A program made the translations under genes and the position numbers. Under the pieces are notes generated by a model, which did no database searches, was not told the origin of the DNA, and saw only the letters and a program-made list of their open reading frames with translations. Positions 24,430-37,880 of a stretch of 64,000 nt of DNA are shown here, piece by piece (position 1 is the first letter of the stretch; each line of letters starts with the position of its first letter). The DNA is taken from positions 35,588,001-35,652,000 of the forward strand of contig OZ336879.1 in the NCBI GenBank assembly GCA_965287045.1. The letters are read 5' to 3'. The stretch is from Carcharhinus amblyrhynchos. Taxonomy: Eukaryota.

Positions 24430-25040
24430 AGACACATGCAAAGTAGGAGCAGAAGTAGGCCATTCGGTCCCTCGAGCCTGCACTGCAACTCAATAAGATC
24501 ATGGCTGATTTGTTCATATTTCAAATTTCATGTTCCCATCTATTCCAGAGAACCTTTCATTCCTTGCCTAAAACTATTTACCTTTGCCTTAAAAATATTC
24601 AATGAGCCCTCCCCCTTTCAGCCATCTTCTGCATCATTAGCACTGCTGCCTCACTGTGCACCAGGGATCCAGGTTCAGTTCCAGCCTCAGGTCACTGTCC
24701 ATGCTGGGTTTGACATTCTCCCTGTGTCTGCATGGGTTTCCTCCAGGTGCACCGGTTTCCTCCCACAGTCCAGGGAGTTAGCTGGATTGGCCATGCTAAA
24801 TAGACCCTAGTATCAGGGGGATTAGAAGGGTAAATATGTGGGGTTATGGGAATAGGGCCTGGATGGGATTGTGGTTGGGGCAGACGATGGACCAAATGGC
24901 CATCTTCTGCAGTGCAGGGATTCTATGATTCTATGAGAACAGAGTTCCAAAGTCGCATAACCCTTTGAGAGAAAAAGATTCTCTTAAAATCTGTTCTCTC
25001 AGGTTGACCCTTAGTTTTGGAACAGTGCCCCCTAGATACA
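24430..25040 (-). mobile_element. CR1 3' end split by an HE1 SINE
   Basis: Reverse of the 3' UTR (gtaggagcagaagtaggccattcgg) and FFSQRVMRLWNS (ORF 24923-25159). Confidence 0.75.
24635..24935 (+). mobile_element. HE1-type SINE
   Basis: ttagcactgctgcctcac head, V-domain and gattctatgattctatg tail. Confidence 0.9.
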
Positions 25041-25050
25041 GACTCACGCA

Positions 25051-25273
25051 GAGTGACTGTATGGAGTTTGCACATTCTCCCTGCGTTTGTGTGGGTTTCC
25101 TCCAGTGCTCTGCTTTCCTCCCACAATCCAAAGATGTGCAAGTTAGGTGGATTAGCCATGTTAAATATGTCTGGTTACAGGGGTATGGTGAGGGAAAGGA
25201 CTCTGTCATAGAGAGTTGGTGCAGACTCAATGGGCTGAATGGCCACCTTCTGCATTGTTGGGATTCTATGATT
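25051..25273 (+). mobile_element. HE1-type SINE, 5'-truncated
   Basis: V-domain gtgactgtatggagtttgcacattctccc and tail ggattctatgatt. Confidence 0.88.
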
Positions 25274-26289
25274 TAACTTCTGTCTTCACTGTAGAAGATA
25301 CAAAATACTTCCCTGTCGTAGCTGTAAATTTGGGGGTGGAAGGGAGAGAGAAGAATTGTTGAAATTTCAATCATTAGGAATGTGGCACTGAGCAAAGTGG
25401 TGGAGCTGTGGCCTGACCCAAGGCCAAGTCACCCAAGGCCCGAATTGAACCCAGGTCCCTGGTGCTGTGAGGCAGCAGTGGTAAACACTTTGCTGCCCAT
25501 GAAATATTTATTCATTTCCTCTGTCATTTTCTTGTTAGTGTTCTCACTCTCAGTCTCTAAAGGGTCAACATGCCCTTTGCTTACTCTTTTCCTTTTCAGA
25601 TACCTGTAGGAAATTTTGCAATGGGTTTTACATTTCTAGCTAGCTTTGTCTGATACTCTAATTTCTTTCTGCAAATTAACTTTTTAGTCATTCTCTGGCA
25701 TTTTTTGTCGTCTGAACAATCATCTGACTTGTCACACGTCAACGAGACACAGAATGAGATATTAGCAGAGTTAATGAGAAAACTACAGTTAATTAGAGTT
25801 AATTAGTGTTAATTAGAAAAGTTTTAAATCAAGTCTTTAAAGGTAGCCAAGAGACTGGGAAGGTGGTGGTGATCAGTAAGGAAATTCCACAGTTTGGGGC
25901 TCAGACCGTTGAAAACATGGTCATCAATGGTAGGAAGATCAGAGATGAAAATAGGGGTCCAGATATTGTGTGGTAAATGGCTGTGAAGCTTTCATTTCAT
26001 GTTGAAAAGGCCCGGCAACTTCCGGAGTGTGATGTACGCATAGTACATAAATCCAGAAGTTGCAGTGGATCAACATCTGTTGCTCTGGAGGCATCACATT
26101 TTCAGCCACCAACCTGCAATTTAAAACAAAAAATACAGTAGGAATGAGAATAAAGCTGGCCAAAACATTTCAGAGCTTGTATTTTGAGGCATTCAGAGCC
26201 TCCTCGCAATTGGTGAATATTTAATAAAGTCAGAGGCACCAAAAGAAAACTTTTAAAACAGTTGTCGGACACAGATATATATTTTATCT

Positions 26290-26640
26290 CCTCAAATGTA
26301 ATTTATGAGACTTTTTTAATATGCAGAATGGATTTAACAAGATTTATCTGACTTTTTAAACATTTTAATGCAAATGACATTTTAGCATGATTTATGAAAC
26401 TTCTTAATCGTGTTTTAATACAAATGACTTCTTAGCATGATTTATCAGATTTTTAAAATGTTTTAGTGTGTATCACTTTTTAAAATGATTTACTGGCCTT
26501 AAAATCTTAATAATCTATGATTTATTAAAATGATTCTGATCAAATTTCTCACTTTCTAAAATTTGTATAAATTTAAGATTCTGTAAAATGATTTTGATCA
26601 AATCGATCTTTTATAATCTTTTGCTCAATTTTTTAACATG
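26290..26640. repeat. Degenerate AT-rich tandem repeat, ~50-bp period
   Basis: taatgcaaatgacattttagcatgatttat (about 26366) recurs as taatacaaatgacttcttagcatgatttat (about 26416). Confidence 0.55.
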
Positions 26641-26846
26641 ACTGATACTACAATTTGACAGTTTTTTTTAGATGTGACTTCACATGATCTCTTTCTGTCC
26701 ATGCTGCAGAATGCTGCAAGGTCTCACCATGAGGGGACCCTCCCTCCTTGGAGCTGAAGTTCTAACTGCAACTTTCCATTCAGTAGGTTCAAATGTTAGT
26801 CCAAGGTCAGAAACAAGCAGTCGCTTCACCACTGTTCACAAAATCC

Positions 26847-26985
26847 AGGGCCAGAATGTTGCCACCATTCCCACCGAACGGATTTTCCCATCCCGCTACA
26901 TTTAATGGAGACTTGGCTGGGCACCAAATTCTCTACCTTGCTGGAGCAGGGGCATAGAATGAACGGCTGGTAAGTTCATGCCCCA
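26847..26985. mobile_element. Short MITE
   Basis: gggccagaatgttgcc ... ggtaagttcatgcccc termini. Confidence 0.5.
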
Positions 26986-27396
26986 AGTCTATATTCTTCT
27001 TCCCACTTCTCCTCCTCTCTGCCGTCCTTCCATCTTTCTCTTCTGCTCCCTCTCTCTCTCTTGTCCCCAGTGTCTCCTGCACACCTACTCCTCCCTCTTC
27101 CCATTTCTCTCACTCGTTGCTTCTTTCCTCCTCCCCCTTTCATAAGAATTTCCACTTCCCCTTCTCCCCACCCTACAATCTAACCCTTACCCCTCCCCCA
27201 ACCTTTCTCTCAAATCCCCATTTCTATAATTATGTTAATTGATCTATAAAAGATTGATTCTCCCATGAAGTGGGGATTAAACATTAAGAACAGAATTCAT
27301 CTTCTGGATAACCATTTAAAAGGTTATAAACATGCCCGGGCATAGTTATGTGCTCAAAAGTAACAATATCTTGTGGCACAGGATATGTTATATCCA

Positions 27397-27692
27397 ATGG
27401 TGACACAGCAGTTAGCACTGTTGCTTCACAGTTCCAGGGACCCAAGTTCAATTCCAGCCTCGGGTGACTGTCTCTATGGAGTTTGCAGCTTCTCCCTGCG
27501 TCTGTGTGGGTTTCCTCCAGTTTCCTCCCACAGTCCGAAGATGTGTGTGGATTAGGTGGATTGGCCATGCTAAATTGCCCCTTAGGGAGATTAGCAAGGT
27601 AAAAACGTGGGGTTACAGGGATAGGGCCTGGGTAGGATTGTTGTTGGTGCAGACTCGATGGGCTGTATAGCCTCCTTTGCACTGTAGGGATA
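27397..27692 (+). mobile_element. HE1-type SINE
   Basis: tRNA head, V-domain and CR1-type tail. Confidence 0.88.
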
Positions 27693-28339
27693 ATATGGTT
27701 CTAACACAGGGCAGTTCTGAAAAAAAAGCAAGAAATGGTCTCTATACCACCTCAACTGGATGATGATAAATTGTGAGATATCACAATCTAACAACAGATA
27801 ATCTTAAGTATGATCCTAATTAAATTGCCACTGCAGTGACAACTACCTGCTTCTCTTGGTTTAACGTTTCCTATTCATGAAAACAAGGATGTTGTCCAGC
27901 ATGTTTGCTCAACATGCTTCCTACTGGCCCAGTTCTTTTATGGTGTAAATATTGGAACCTCACAGTAGGATTTTAGATTTGAATTCCAGCATCTGTCAAG
28001 ATGTACTACTGCAGTGTATAAATGATTGGCCTCCCCCTAACTGGGGTAGAGTTATCTTGCGAATCTTGGTAGCTTTCTACGTGGGGATGTAAGCTTAATA
28101 TTACTTTAAATGCTGATAGATATCTTCAATACCTCTCTGTAATATTAATAAGACTTCAATTCTTGAATAGGGACAAGGTTATATTTACATTTCTTCAAAA
28201 TATCAATGTTGCAGTTGCCATTAAAAGTGAATTGCATGTTCAGTTCTTTAATAAACTTTAAATAATTTAGAAAGTACATTGTATCATGTAGTCTTTTCTA
28301 TCTATTCTCTATTTAACCAGGCAGGAACACTGTTGGATC

Positions 28340-28467
28340 TTTTCCTGTGCTGTAATTTTCTTTGTTCTTTCTGGAAGGGTATGGGGCTTTAGTTCAGTCA
28401 GACAGTTTGGTTGGTGCAGACTTGGAGGGCCTGTTCCTGAGCTGTAATTTTCTTTGTTCTTTGTTCA
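28340..28467 (+). mobile_element. CR1/SINE 3' tail fragments in tandem
   Basis: ttcctg(t/a)gctgtaattttctttgttcttt occurs twice around ggtgcagacttggagggcctg. Confidence 0.65.
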
Positions 28468-30693
28468 AACTCAAGAACCCACCTCAGTACTCATTTTAGT
28501 GAAGTTATACATTATTGAGGAGAGATGCCTCCATCCTTATCATACCCAGGCTTTAAAACATCTATCTAGAGGGCAGTTATATTCTCTAGTGGTTTCTTTC
28601 CTTCAGGAAAGGTTGGGCCACTTCTCTTCAGGTCCATTTAAGTGTCTGTCTTTCTCAACTTTAAATAAGGGTGAATATAAGAGCAGAATGCTGGAATTGT
28701 TCCAAAAAGGAATTATAAATTCACTTCAACATAACAAGACGTCAATTTGGAGAAGCCTGAGTGGGAGCTTGTACTATAATGCTCCCATCACATTTCTCCG
28801 CTGCATTGTATTTATCTCACCAAGCAGAATAAAACAAAAGTATTAAGATGAAAGTAAAACATTTTAGCTTTGGGAATGATAATTGCAACAAACTAACCCA
28901 GCCCTAAAGAAGTGTCCATACTATCAGTGATGCCGCTGGGTGATCTTTATCAACTCCTGACGTTTTTTATTCATTTAGTTCGTAGCATTGTGCATACACA
29001 ATTCAGAATTCCATCTTAAATAGGCATACAAGATCGCATTCTATTTCGCCCATGCCTCCTCAACAAGCTGACTTAACTCCAACCTCACAAATTACATTTT
29101 GCCACACCAAATGTGAATTACTTCAAATTGCACACCGATTTGTGCTGGCAGTCTCTCTGTGCAAGACAACAATTTGTGATCCATTCTATGTGAAACCTTT
29201 GAGTTATGTTAATTGCACATAAAATTCTTCCAGGTGCGAAGAAAAGAAATTGTCATTCCTTTGGTCTAAAATGAAGTCCAGGTCCAGAAATGTCAGTGCA
29301 CTATTGCTGCCTAACCCAGTCAAACAGCTGTGAAAGATTTAAAAGGTTTATTTCTTCACTAAACATTGTAATTCCACATTATAGTTATTTCAAAGGGACA
29401 AACAGTTTGACGGTTTTATGACAGCATTGTTAAAAGGTAAATGTCAGATTTTCCTTTGCATTTGAGTCATGGTAACCTTTGTTTCCTGAGCAACAAATGG
29501 TGGAGATCTGTAACAACAATTTTTGTACGTCCAGGTTTTCACTCTGGCCCAGAGATAAACTGAGTATTCATACTTGAGGTAGGCACAACCTTTCACTGGA
29601 TAAATGAGGAAAGAGGATCAAGAAATCTTTGCCTGTTGCCTCATTTTCCTGATGGAGACCCAACAAAAAAGAAAAGAAAAACTTGTATTAATGCAGCACC
29701 TTTCATGATGACAGGATGACCAAGTGCATATTTCAGCCAAGTCAATAATTTTCAAGTGAAAAAGGCAGATAATAATTGAAACTGAAAGCTTTCTTACCCC
29801 TAATTCATGAGCTGGAGAATTCTCAATGCTGCAGCAGAGGGTAGATTACTATTTTTATTTACAAGCACTTGCTGTGGGGCAGTTCTATGTTTGGAGTACG
29901 TAGGTCTCTTTAAGTGATCTCAATCCATAAACAAAGACCAGCTCAGGTCAGATCAGGTAGAGGGCATGTCTGACCAGGTAGGAGGCAGCAAGGGAAAAAA
30001 TCAGTTTGAGAAACTGTAACATTGAAATAATTTAGCAATGCTTCAGACCAAGACACTATTTTCTGTGAATGTTGGTGGACAAGTGGCTGCCTTCTCTTTG
30101 AAAGATAATGGTTTGCACCATGGTAGTCAACTGAGTTGAGCATTGCCTGGTGTGACTCAGGAATCTCACTCCAGCGTGGCATCTCTGCTGCATTGCCTGT
30201 TGTCAGTGTTAATGTTCACCACCTCCATATTTCAACTGCAGGTATCCTTGTATCGGTGGCATGAATGCTCAGGAGGTCATGACCCAGTGGCCAATTCACT
30301 TGGTGTACAGCTGTCAATCATCTAATGAATTTAACTGAGCCACCACAGACCTTGTTAGCTTAGCATTAAGGTCTGCTGATGGAATTAGCCCGCTCTAGAG
30401 TCTTTGAATTATGTGACTTTATCAACCCAAAGATACTAAAGATACCTCTGAAATAGTGAAGGTGGAAACTAACATATGTTCTCCAGATCACACCATGATA
30501 GAGGAGTGCACTGAGGACTCAGTTTCATTGACTCACAGTTTGGTGTTCTCAGTCAGGTTGCTGTTATTCCACACTCCCTCGCTTAGCATGAACATAAAGG
30601 GTAATCGGGGAACTGAGATATATGAAGCTATCAACAATCTCTAGGATCACACTGGTGGGCAGACACTTAACAGCTCTGCATCACATTCCTCTA

Positions 30694-30841
30694 GCTCTCC
30701 AGAACTCTCCACTCACTTGACAACGTAACAGTGTTCCAAAAGCTAGTGGCGTTTACTACTAAATAAATCTGTTGGACTTTAACCTGGTGTTGTGAGACTT
30801 CTTACTGTGTTTACTCCAGTCCAATGCTGGCATCTCCACAT
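30694..30841 (+). mobile_element. Penelope-like terminal fragment with decayed hammerhead, 15-bp TSD
   Basis: Same body as 14868-14988; catcacattcctcta is duplicated at 30679-30693 and 30842-30856. Confidence 0.78.
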
Positions 30842-32499
30842 CATCACATTCCTCTAACCTGTAATTAGCAGAAACATCAACCACTTTAGAAAGCCTTTAA
30901 AAAAACCATCAGATAAAAATAAGGACTATCATCTAAGCCTATTGTCCACTAATATTCATGCAACAAATTTCAAAGCCTGAGAATTATTTTGCTATGATTT
31001 AATGACACTAAATTTAATGAATCTCTAAATGTTGCATAGTAATTATCACAAATTAATAGCATGCATTATACAACGACAACCCTGTATCACTGCTTATTCA
31101 AAACATATATATTCAATTCCAGTATGCTATCAAACTTTTTATTAAACATTAAACTATAAAAGAAAAATTGATGCAAATCTGTAACTGTTCTAATGCAGGG
31201 TAAATGGCCAATTACCTGTCTTTACAAATATCGGTCATTAATTTCCAGCATTTCCTGTTTAAATGCTTTATTAAATGCATTGATTACCTGAGTTATTGCA
31301 GTGTGATTATATAGCTAGGTCATATTGTAAGCATATTACAGCTACGTTAAACTTTAAAACTCTGAGTTTAAAGTAACTAGATAATCATCTAAAGAAGTCT
31401 CGCTGACAAATGCAATTGGACAAGAATTTTAACAGCAGTATAAAGTAATTATCATTAATTAAGAGAAAAAAGCAAGAATTCAAAGACAGCTTCAGAGCAA
31501 CTGGATCTTGATATCCTACTGAGAGCATCTGTAGACTCACAGTCAGCCAGTCAATGCATTTAAAGAGATAGTTATGACTGAGGTGACTCAAGGCTTTGAT
31601 CCCTTTTACCGTCATCATTAAGCACTTATGTTAGTTTCCAGCTGTCTTGATCATATGGTTAAGTCCCTTACATGTGCTGTTGTTTTTTTTGAGCCTCTGT
31701 CTAAACATGAGTTTATGTTTTTGTAACAAGGGACTGAGTTGGCGGGATAAAAACAAAGTGATGAGAGGAAACCATGTGAGAATGGAAGTTTTTGGGAGGA
31801 GTGAAAATTTTGACCTGAAAGGAATAGAGGGATCAACTCGTTTAAATGAGCAAGAGGGACTGGAACATCACACGGTGATGAGTGCAAGTGGAGTTCAGTA
31901 AATTAGGCTCACTTTGTGATTTCATTTGTTTTATCATAGCATTTGCAGAAACCCATGGGGAAAGATGTAATTATTCATTAAGCTCAATGTTGATGAAGAT
32001 TACTGAATGAAGAAAGCATACACCTGTTACCTCGAAATGGCATTATCCAACTGTCAACCTGATTTGGTTATTCAAGCATAACAGGAAAAGGGAGGTCATT
32101 GACAATTGGACGAAGTGCATTTATTACAATTTTAATTTAAATATAATGAACCATTTATATCAACAGGGGCTCCTCTGAAAAATGCAGTGTTACATGGTCA
32201 ATCCTGCAGGAAATCTGAATTTTGCAAATTCAGAAAGGCAAATCAGGTTTTTGAAGCCTCTTTAATGCTCCTCAAGCACCAGAACAGTATCTAATGCTTT
32301 TGGGATAATTGCAATGCTAATAACGGGAGTGAGTAAATTCACTGCATGGCTTGAGAAAGCCCCAGCTTCAATTCCCAGCTCACTTTCTCGTGTTTGCTCA
32401 TGAACAGGGAACTCACAGATGGCGACACATTATAGAAGCTTGGCAGACCACTGGTATCTTGCTAGCTGTAGCTGGTTTCTTTTGGGATGTGTTAAAAGG

Positions 32500-32800
32500 A
32501 AGTCATACTTTCATAATATTTCACAATCTCAGAATGTCACAAAGGACTTTATAGCCAAGGATCTAAGTACTTTGAAGTTTGAGAAGCAGCAGCGATTTTC
32601 TGCACTATCAGGTCCCAAAAACAGCAATGTGATGATGATTAGATAGTCTATTTTAGTGAGGCTGGTTGAGGGCACTCTGGGGAATTTCTCTGTTCTTCTT
32701 CAGATGGGAACTCCCAGGGGATTCTTTACACCAAACTGAGGTGGCTGACAGGGTCGTAGTTTAACGTTTCATCTAAAAGGTGGCATCTTGGAAGGAATAG
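32500..32800 (-). mobile_element. Deu-domain SINE (SacSINE1/AmnSINE1-like), old
   Basis: Reverse of the Deu domain (gatgaaacgttaaactacgaccctgtc...ggtgtaaagaatccc...gaagaagaacagagaaattcccc). Confidence 0.65.
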
Positions 32801-34209
32801 CAAAGGTCAGATTTTCATGGGAGAGATGGGAAGGTCAACCAGGAAGACTCCCAAATCAGCATTATGAGGAGTTGGGGGACAGCATGCAGCTGGGCCTACA
32901 TCCTCCAGAGACTGACCCAAGGTGCCAATAGAGACAAGGATGGCAAGGTCAGCAGGCTGGAAAGATAATCTCCCCTGACTTGGGCATCAGTGCAATTGTA
33001 TTGATGACTGTCAGGCTCTTAACCCTTCACATCCCTACCTACCCCATATGCACCCCATGTTCCCTCATACTCTTCATGCCAGCTCTAGCCCTTCAGACCC
33101 CTTGGGCTTCTCATATCAGCCACAATCATCAGTCTCTTTGCATCCCCAATAGGCGCAGTCAAACTTGTCAGGAAACTGTGAATGAATTGTCAGGCTGTCA
33201 AGGAACTGTCAAACTGTCAAATAACTGTGAAGCTGTTAAGGAACTGTCAAATAATATCAGCTGAGTTGGTTTGTAAGATTAAAGGGTGTGACATGGGAAG
33301 CATGGGTTGGCACAAACTTGGTAAAGGAGCGAGAAAGAGCCATGGAGGTTTGTGGCACATAGGGGTTTGAGGAGTAATGATGATATGAGAGCCAATGGGG
33401 AATGGGTAGTGGGACAGGGGTTGGAATAATGATTATGATGGACCATCAGTTGCTACAGGGGTGACTGTAACAATGGTAAAATTGAAGGGCCAATGCTGAT
33501 TCTCTACGGATAATTAATCACACAGCAATCAACTAATCTTAAAAGTAATTCACTACATTTATAAATCAATTCAAATCTGTACCTAATACAACTACAACAT
33601 TCTAATTTCTCTGTGCAAACACAATATACCAGAATCACTACAGTTCCTTATATGCTAATAACACTATCCCCAGGATTTGTCAATCAGATATGTACCAGTA
33701 ACTCAGGAAAAGTGTACAGTAAATTGTTGATTTGAATTTTTCAGAGAAGTGTGATACATGGTACAAAAACTTAGTATGGCCTTAACTCAAGAACTGGTTT
33801 CCTTACTCTCTCCCTAGAAGCTGACATTCAAGTTGTATTCCACACTGTGACTTTACAGCCTATCTGTGGTGAACCTAGGATTGAATAGAGATTTTTAAAA
33901 ATTTGCTTTAAGCTTCCTCCTAGGGATAAATGGGGATTTTCATTCCCAGACTTTGTAAGGGTATTAAAATGGGTGGTAGTGAGTCAACATTCCTGTTTTA
34001 TATCACTCATGGCTTTTAGTTTCTTACATTTTAATTTGATAAAGCCCAGGATTCTCAAGCTTCAGATACATCCACATAGTCTGTCATTCAAATTGTGTCT
34101 ACTTTAGGGCAGAACGAAAATGTAGTCTGCTCTTCATATGCTGGTGTAAATCAAAAGCAAATTTTGAGACATGCAATATTTAATTTTGCAACAAATCTTT
34201 AAAGTGACC

Positions 34210-34660
34210 TCCCCAACCCATAACCCACCTTACCTTCCATCACCTCCATATTCCCAGTCTCTCCCCCTCACATCATATCATCACTCCCAGCCCTTCATCT
34301 CATCTCTTACACCCACCATTCCCTCATCTTACTCCAGAACCCCTACCTCCATCCTCCCACCATCCCTTCACCACAGTTGGATCACCCCCTCACCTCACAT
34401 TCCTCTCCTTAGCCCCATCACCTCACTACCCCACTCATACACCCTCACTCCAGCTCTTCACCTCATTCACCCCACCCACTCCGTCAGCTCATTCTTCCCA
34501 CACACTCACATTTCCTCACCTCATGCCACACTCACCATCACCCCCTACATACCTTATCTCCTGTCTCCACACACTTCACCCCCTCACCTCATCTCTGAGC
34601 ACCACAAACTACTCCTTCACCTCCTGATCACTCCCAACCCCAATGCCCCCCCGCCGGAAT
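34210..34660. repeat. C-rich low-complexity tract
   Basis: ccctcac/cccatc motifs; source of the 189-aa P/H/S-rich ORF. Confidence 0.7.
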
Positions 34661-35459
34661 TCTCTTTTCTGCATGCCCAATCTGAGAGCAAAGATCCGGG
34701 GCCAAGTTACCAAGTTGGGGTTGCAAAGGAATGGAGTTAACTATTGCTTAACAATATCTCCCTTCAGTTACTTCAGGAAAGATTATTCAGTAATGCATAG
34801 GTCATCTCACAAAGTAAGTTCAATTCTGGCTTCATAGCTTGTTGGTTCAAAATTCTGGAATCTTGTCTCTAACAGCGTGGTGGGTGCACCTACACTATAT
34901 GGACTGCAGCGGTTCAAGAAGGCTCACCATCGCCTTCCCAAGTGAAATTCGGAATGGGCAATAAATGCTGGCCTTGATAATGACACCCACATCCCAGGAA
35001 TGAATTTTAAAAATTACTGTTACATTTCATCCTCTGAAGGTTCTAAGATTTTTAAATTGATAAATCACCAAAGTCCTACTCCTTTTGCATTCCATGAAGG
35101 AGTCTGAACAAGCTTATGACTGGTCATATATAGAAAACATGATCCACACAAGAAAACAGCTCACTGCTTCTGTTAAATATATTTTATATTTTTATTTGTA
35201 AAGGGCAAGATGCCTCCAGAAAAGCTCTAAATGAAAAAAAGTGGCTGGACGTGAGAGGAGGCTCTTCGTTTCAGCTATCCATTTACTCCGAGCTCTCTTC
35301 ACATTGTTTCACTTAAAGAATTTCAGGGAATGGTCACCTTTCTGCGCAGAGAGGGAACAAATATTGCTCCAGTTGTCAGGAGAAGAAAAGCTTTGTCATG
35401 GATGGAGGGGCACCCTCTCTCAGGAATGCTAATAGGGGAGTGAATGAGGGCTGGGAAGG

Positions 35460-35878
35460 GATTTGATTTTGATTTAATTTGATTTATTATTGTTACATGT
35501 ATTAACATACAGTGAAAAGTATTGTTTCTTGCGCACTAAACAGACAAAACATATCATTCATCGAGAAGGAAATGAGAGAGTGCCAAATGTAGTGTTACAG
35601 TCATAGCTAGGGTGTAGAGAAAGATTAAGTTAATGCAAAGTAAGTCCATTCAAAAGTCTGACAGCAGCAGGGAAGAAGCTGTTCTTGAGTTGGTTGATAC
35701 CTGACCTCAAACTTTTGTAAACTTTTCCCAACAGAAGTGGAAAAGAGAATGTCTGGGGTATGTGGGGTCCTTAATTTTGCTGGCTGCTTTATCTAGGCAG
35801 CAGGAAGTGTAGACAGAGTCAATGGATGGGAGGCTGGTTTGCATGGTGGGTTGGGCTGCATTCACAACCTTTTGTAGA
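35460..35878 (-). mobile_element. Rex1/Babar-type LINE 3' end
   Basis: (AAATC)n tail, cttttcactgtatg 3' UTR and aagaacagcttcttccctgctgctgtcagactttt (KNSFFPAAVRL) on the minus strand. Confidence 0.75.
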
Positions 35879-36019
35879 TTAGAGCCATGGTTCTAACTCA
35901 TCAGGATTTTGGTTCAGGATGCCTCTGCAGATAAACAGAAGTCCTACACATCTGCCTGCATGGCTGCTGGATAAATCATTTTTATTAACACTGACTCTCA
36001 CACTTTTATCTCTAACTAT

Positions 36020-36090
36020 TTTTTCTGCTCCAGTCCCAAATCTAATTATAGGTGGTCACTTTAATTGTGTTCTTCATCCTTTACTAAGTA
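36020..36090 (+). mobile_element. L1-clade APE endonuclease micro-fragment
   Basis: NLIIGGHFNCVLHPLL matches the L1 motif LIIGGDFNCVLDP.LD. Confidence 0.5.
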
Positions 36091-37094
36091 ATAACATAAG
36101 GTATGATTTTCAGACCTAAGTGTTTAGCTGCAACTGGACTTTCAGCTGAAGCTAAGACATGATGTTCCCTTACTCAATGTGGAAAGAACATCTATCGAAG
36201 AGGACTCCAATCAGTAAAAAAAGCTTCATGCTGTTCTACAACAAACTAAATCTACGTATGGTTTCCTTTATTATTGCACAAAAGTAAGACAGGCTTGTTT
36301 TTAAATTGAACCTGATCAGAACTCAAACCTCACCTGCAAACAATTATATTGAAGACAGTTGTTTTGTAGGAATAGGCAGTAGCCATTTCCTTGCAGCAAG
36401 GATTCGCACCCAGTGCAGAAAATGTTCTCAATCTGTTTTGGATGTCCTTTGAAGGAGCAATTTTGGGAAAAATATTGGGAAGACAAAGGCCATTAGGAAA
36501 GTTGAATTCTGCCCTCAGGAACTGGTTGAAAGATGAGGGAGGGGGCAGTAAATTTGGGAAGGAAGGGGCTCATTCCCATCTTGACAGTGACCTGTAAAAA
36601 GCCTGAGCGTGCCACTGGGCAGACCATCCAGTGAAAGACGATGGCATCCATATGGACTTGATTGTGACGTTGACCTGATCGGGAACTGCTTGGTCCACAG
36701 AGGGCACCCATGGTGACAAAGATCAGTCCCTCACAAACTGCCCTTCCCACAACAATGATATCCACCCCTCACCAGGGCTTGTCAAAAAAGTCCCACAAAT
36801 TTACTTTCAACCTGGGGCCTCCTCCATATCGCTGGTCTATGGCTGGCTATAGTGCCAGCTGTGGCCACAGTTGCATGTGACATTACTGTGATTGAGCATC
36901 TGTCAACCCTCTAAATGACCAGCAGCATTTAGAGGAGGAATCTTTGTCCTAAAATGGATGAAGGCCCCAATACCGGACAGTTAACTACTTGATGGCAATA
37001 CAATTGTGTTGAAAATGGCTGCAGAAAGATGCCTCCTATTTTCCAGCCAGTGGACAGGGTCACCATTGCAGCCCATTGTCTTCAATCCATGCTC

Positions 37095-37880
37095 CAAACT
37101 TCATTTCCTAGCCACCTGCTCTATCCTTCTCCTTCAGCAACTGTCTGATGCTAAACCATACAGTTTCCAACCTTGATGTTGCCTTTAACCTTAAGCTGAG
37201 CTTTCAATAACATCTCTACACCATTATAAAGGCCACCTATTTCTATAACATCACTGGACTTCGTTCCTGCCTCCACTCACCTGCAGTGGAAACTCTCATT
37301 CATGCCTTTAATATGTCTAAATTTGACTTTTCCAATACATTGCTGGCTGGTGTCAAATCTTCCACCATCTATAAATTTAAAACTCATCCAAATTTATGCC
37401 CTGATCTTAACTCTCACAAAATCCATTTAGCCATCATCTCTGTGTTCACTAATCTATATCAGCTCTTGGTTAGGAAACGTCTCCATTTTAAAATATTCAT
37501 CCCTGTTTTCCAATTTGCCATGGTCTTATTCTGTCCTGTTACTGTAACTCCTTTCAGTGTCAAAATCCTTCCAAGATTCTACACTCCTCCAATTTTGGCT
37601 TCTTAAACATTCACGTTTTTTATAGGTGCCCGTGCTTTAATTCAAAGCCCAGAGCTCTAGATTTACTCATCTAAATGCCTTTCCCTCTCTATCTCTCACA
37701 CCCTCCTTTATTATACTCCTTGAAATCTACCTCTTTGGCCAAGCTTTTCTTTCCATGTGGCTCACTTGTAATGCTTCTATAAAATGATGATGTTGGCTAT
37801 AATGCGTCCAAGAAACATTTACTCTAACTTCATGACTTCAGAAATGCTGTATAAATGCAATCTGCTTAAATGTTGTTGTT
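37095..37880 (+). mobile_element. L2 LINE 3' fragment
   Basis: ETLIHAFNMSKFDFSNTLLAG (L2 ETLIHAFVTSRLDYSNSLLAG); tail atgctgtataaatgcaa...tgttgttgttg. Confidence 0.8.

Noticed and set aside
25939-26140. Minus-strand splice acceptor (ttttaaattgcag) with a downstream ORF
   Set aside because: The downstream sequence (aaatccagaagttgc) resembles an old repeat also suggested at about 18870-19130, and there is no good donor.
34171-34740. Longest ORF (189 aa)
   Set aside because: P/H/S/T-rich translation of a C-rich low-complexity tract with no domain features.
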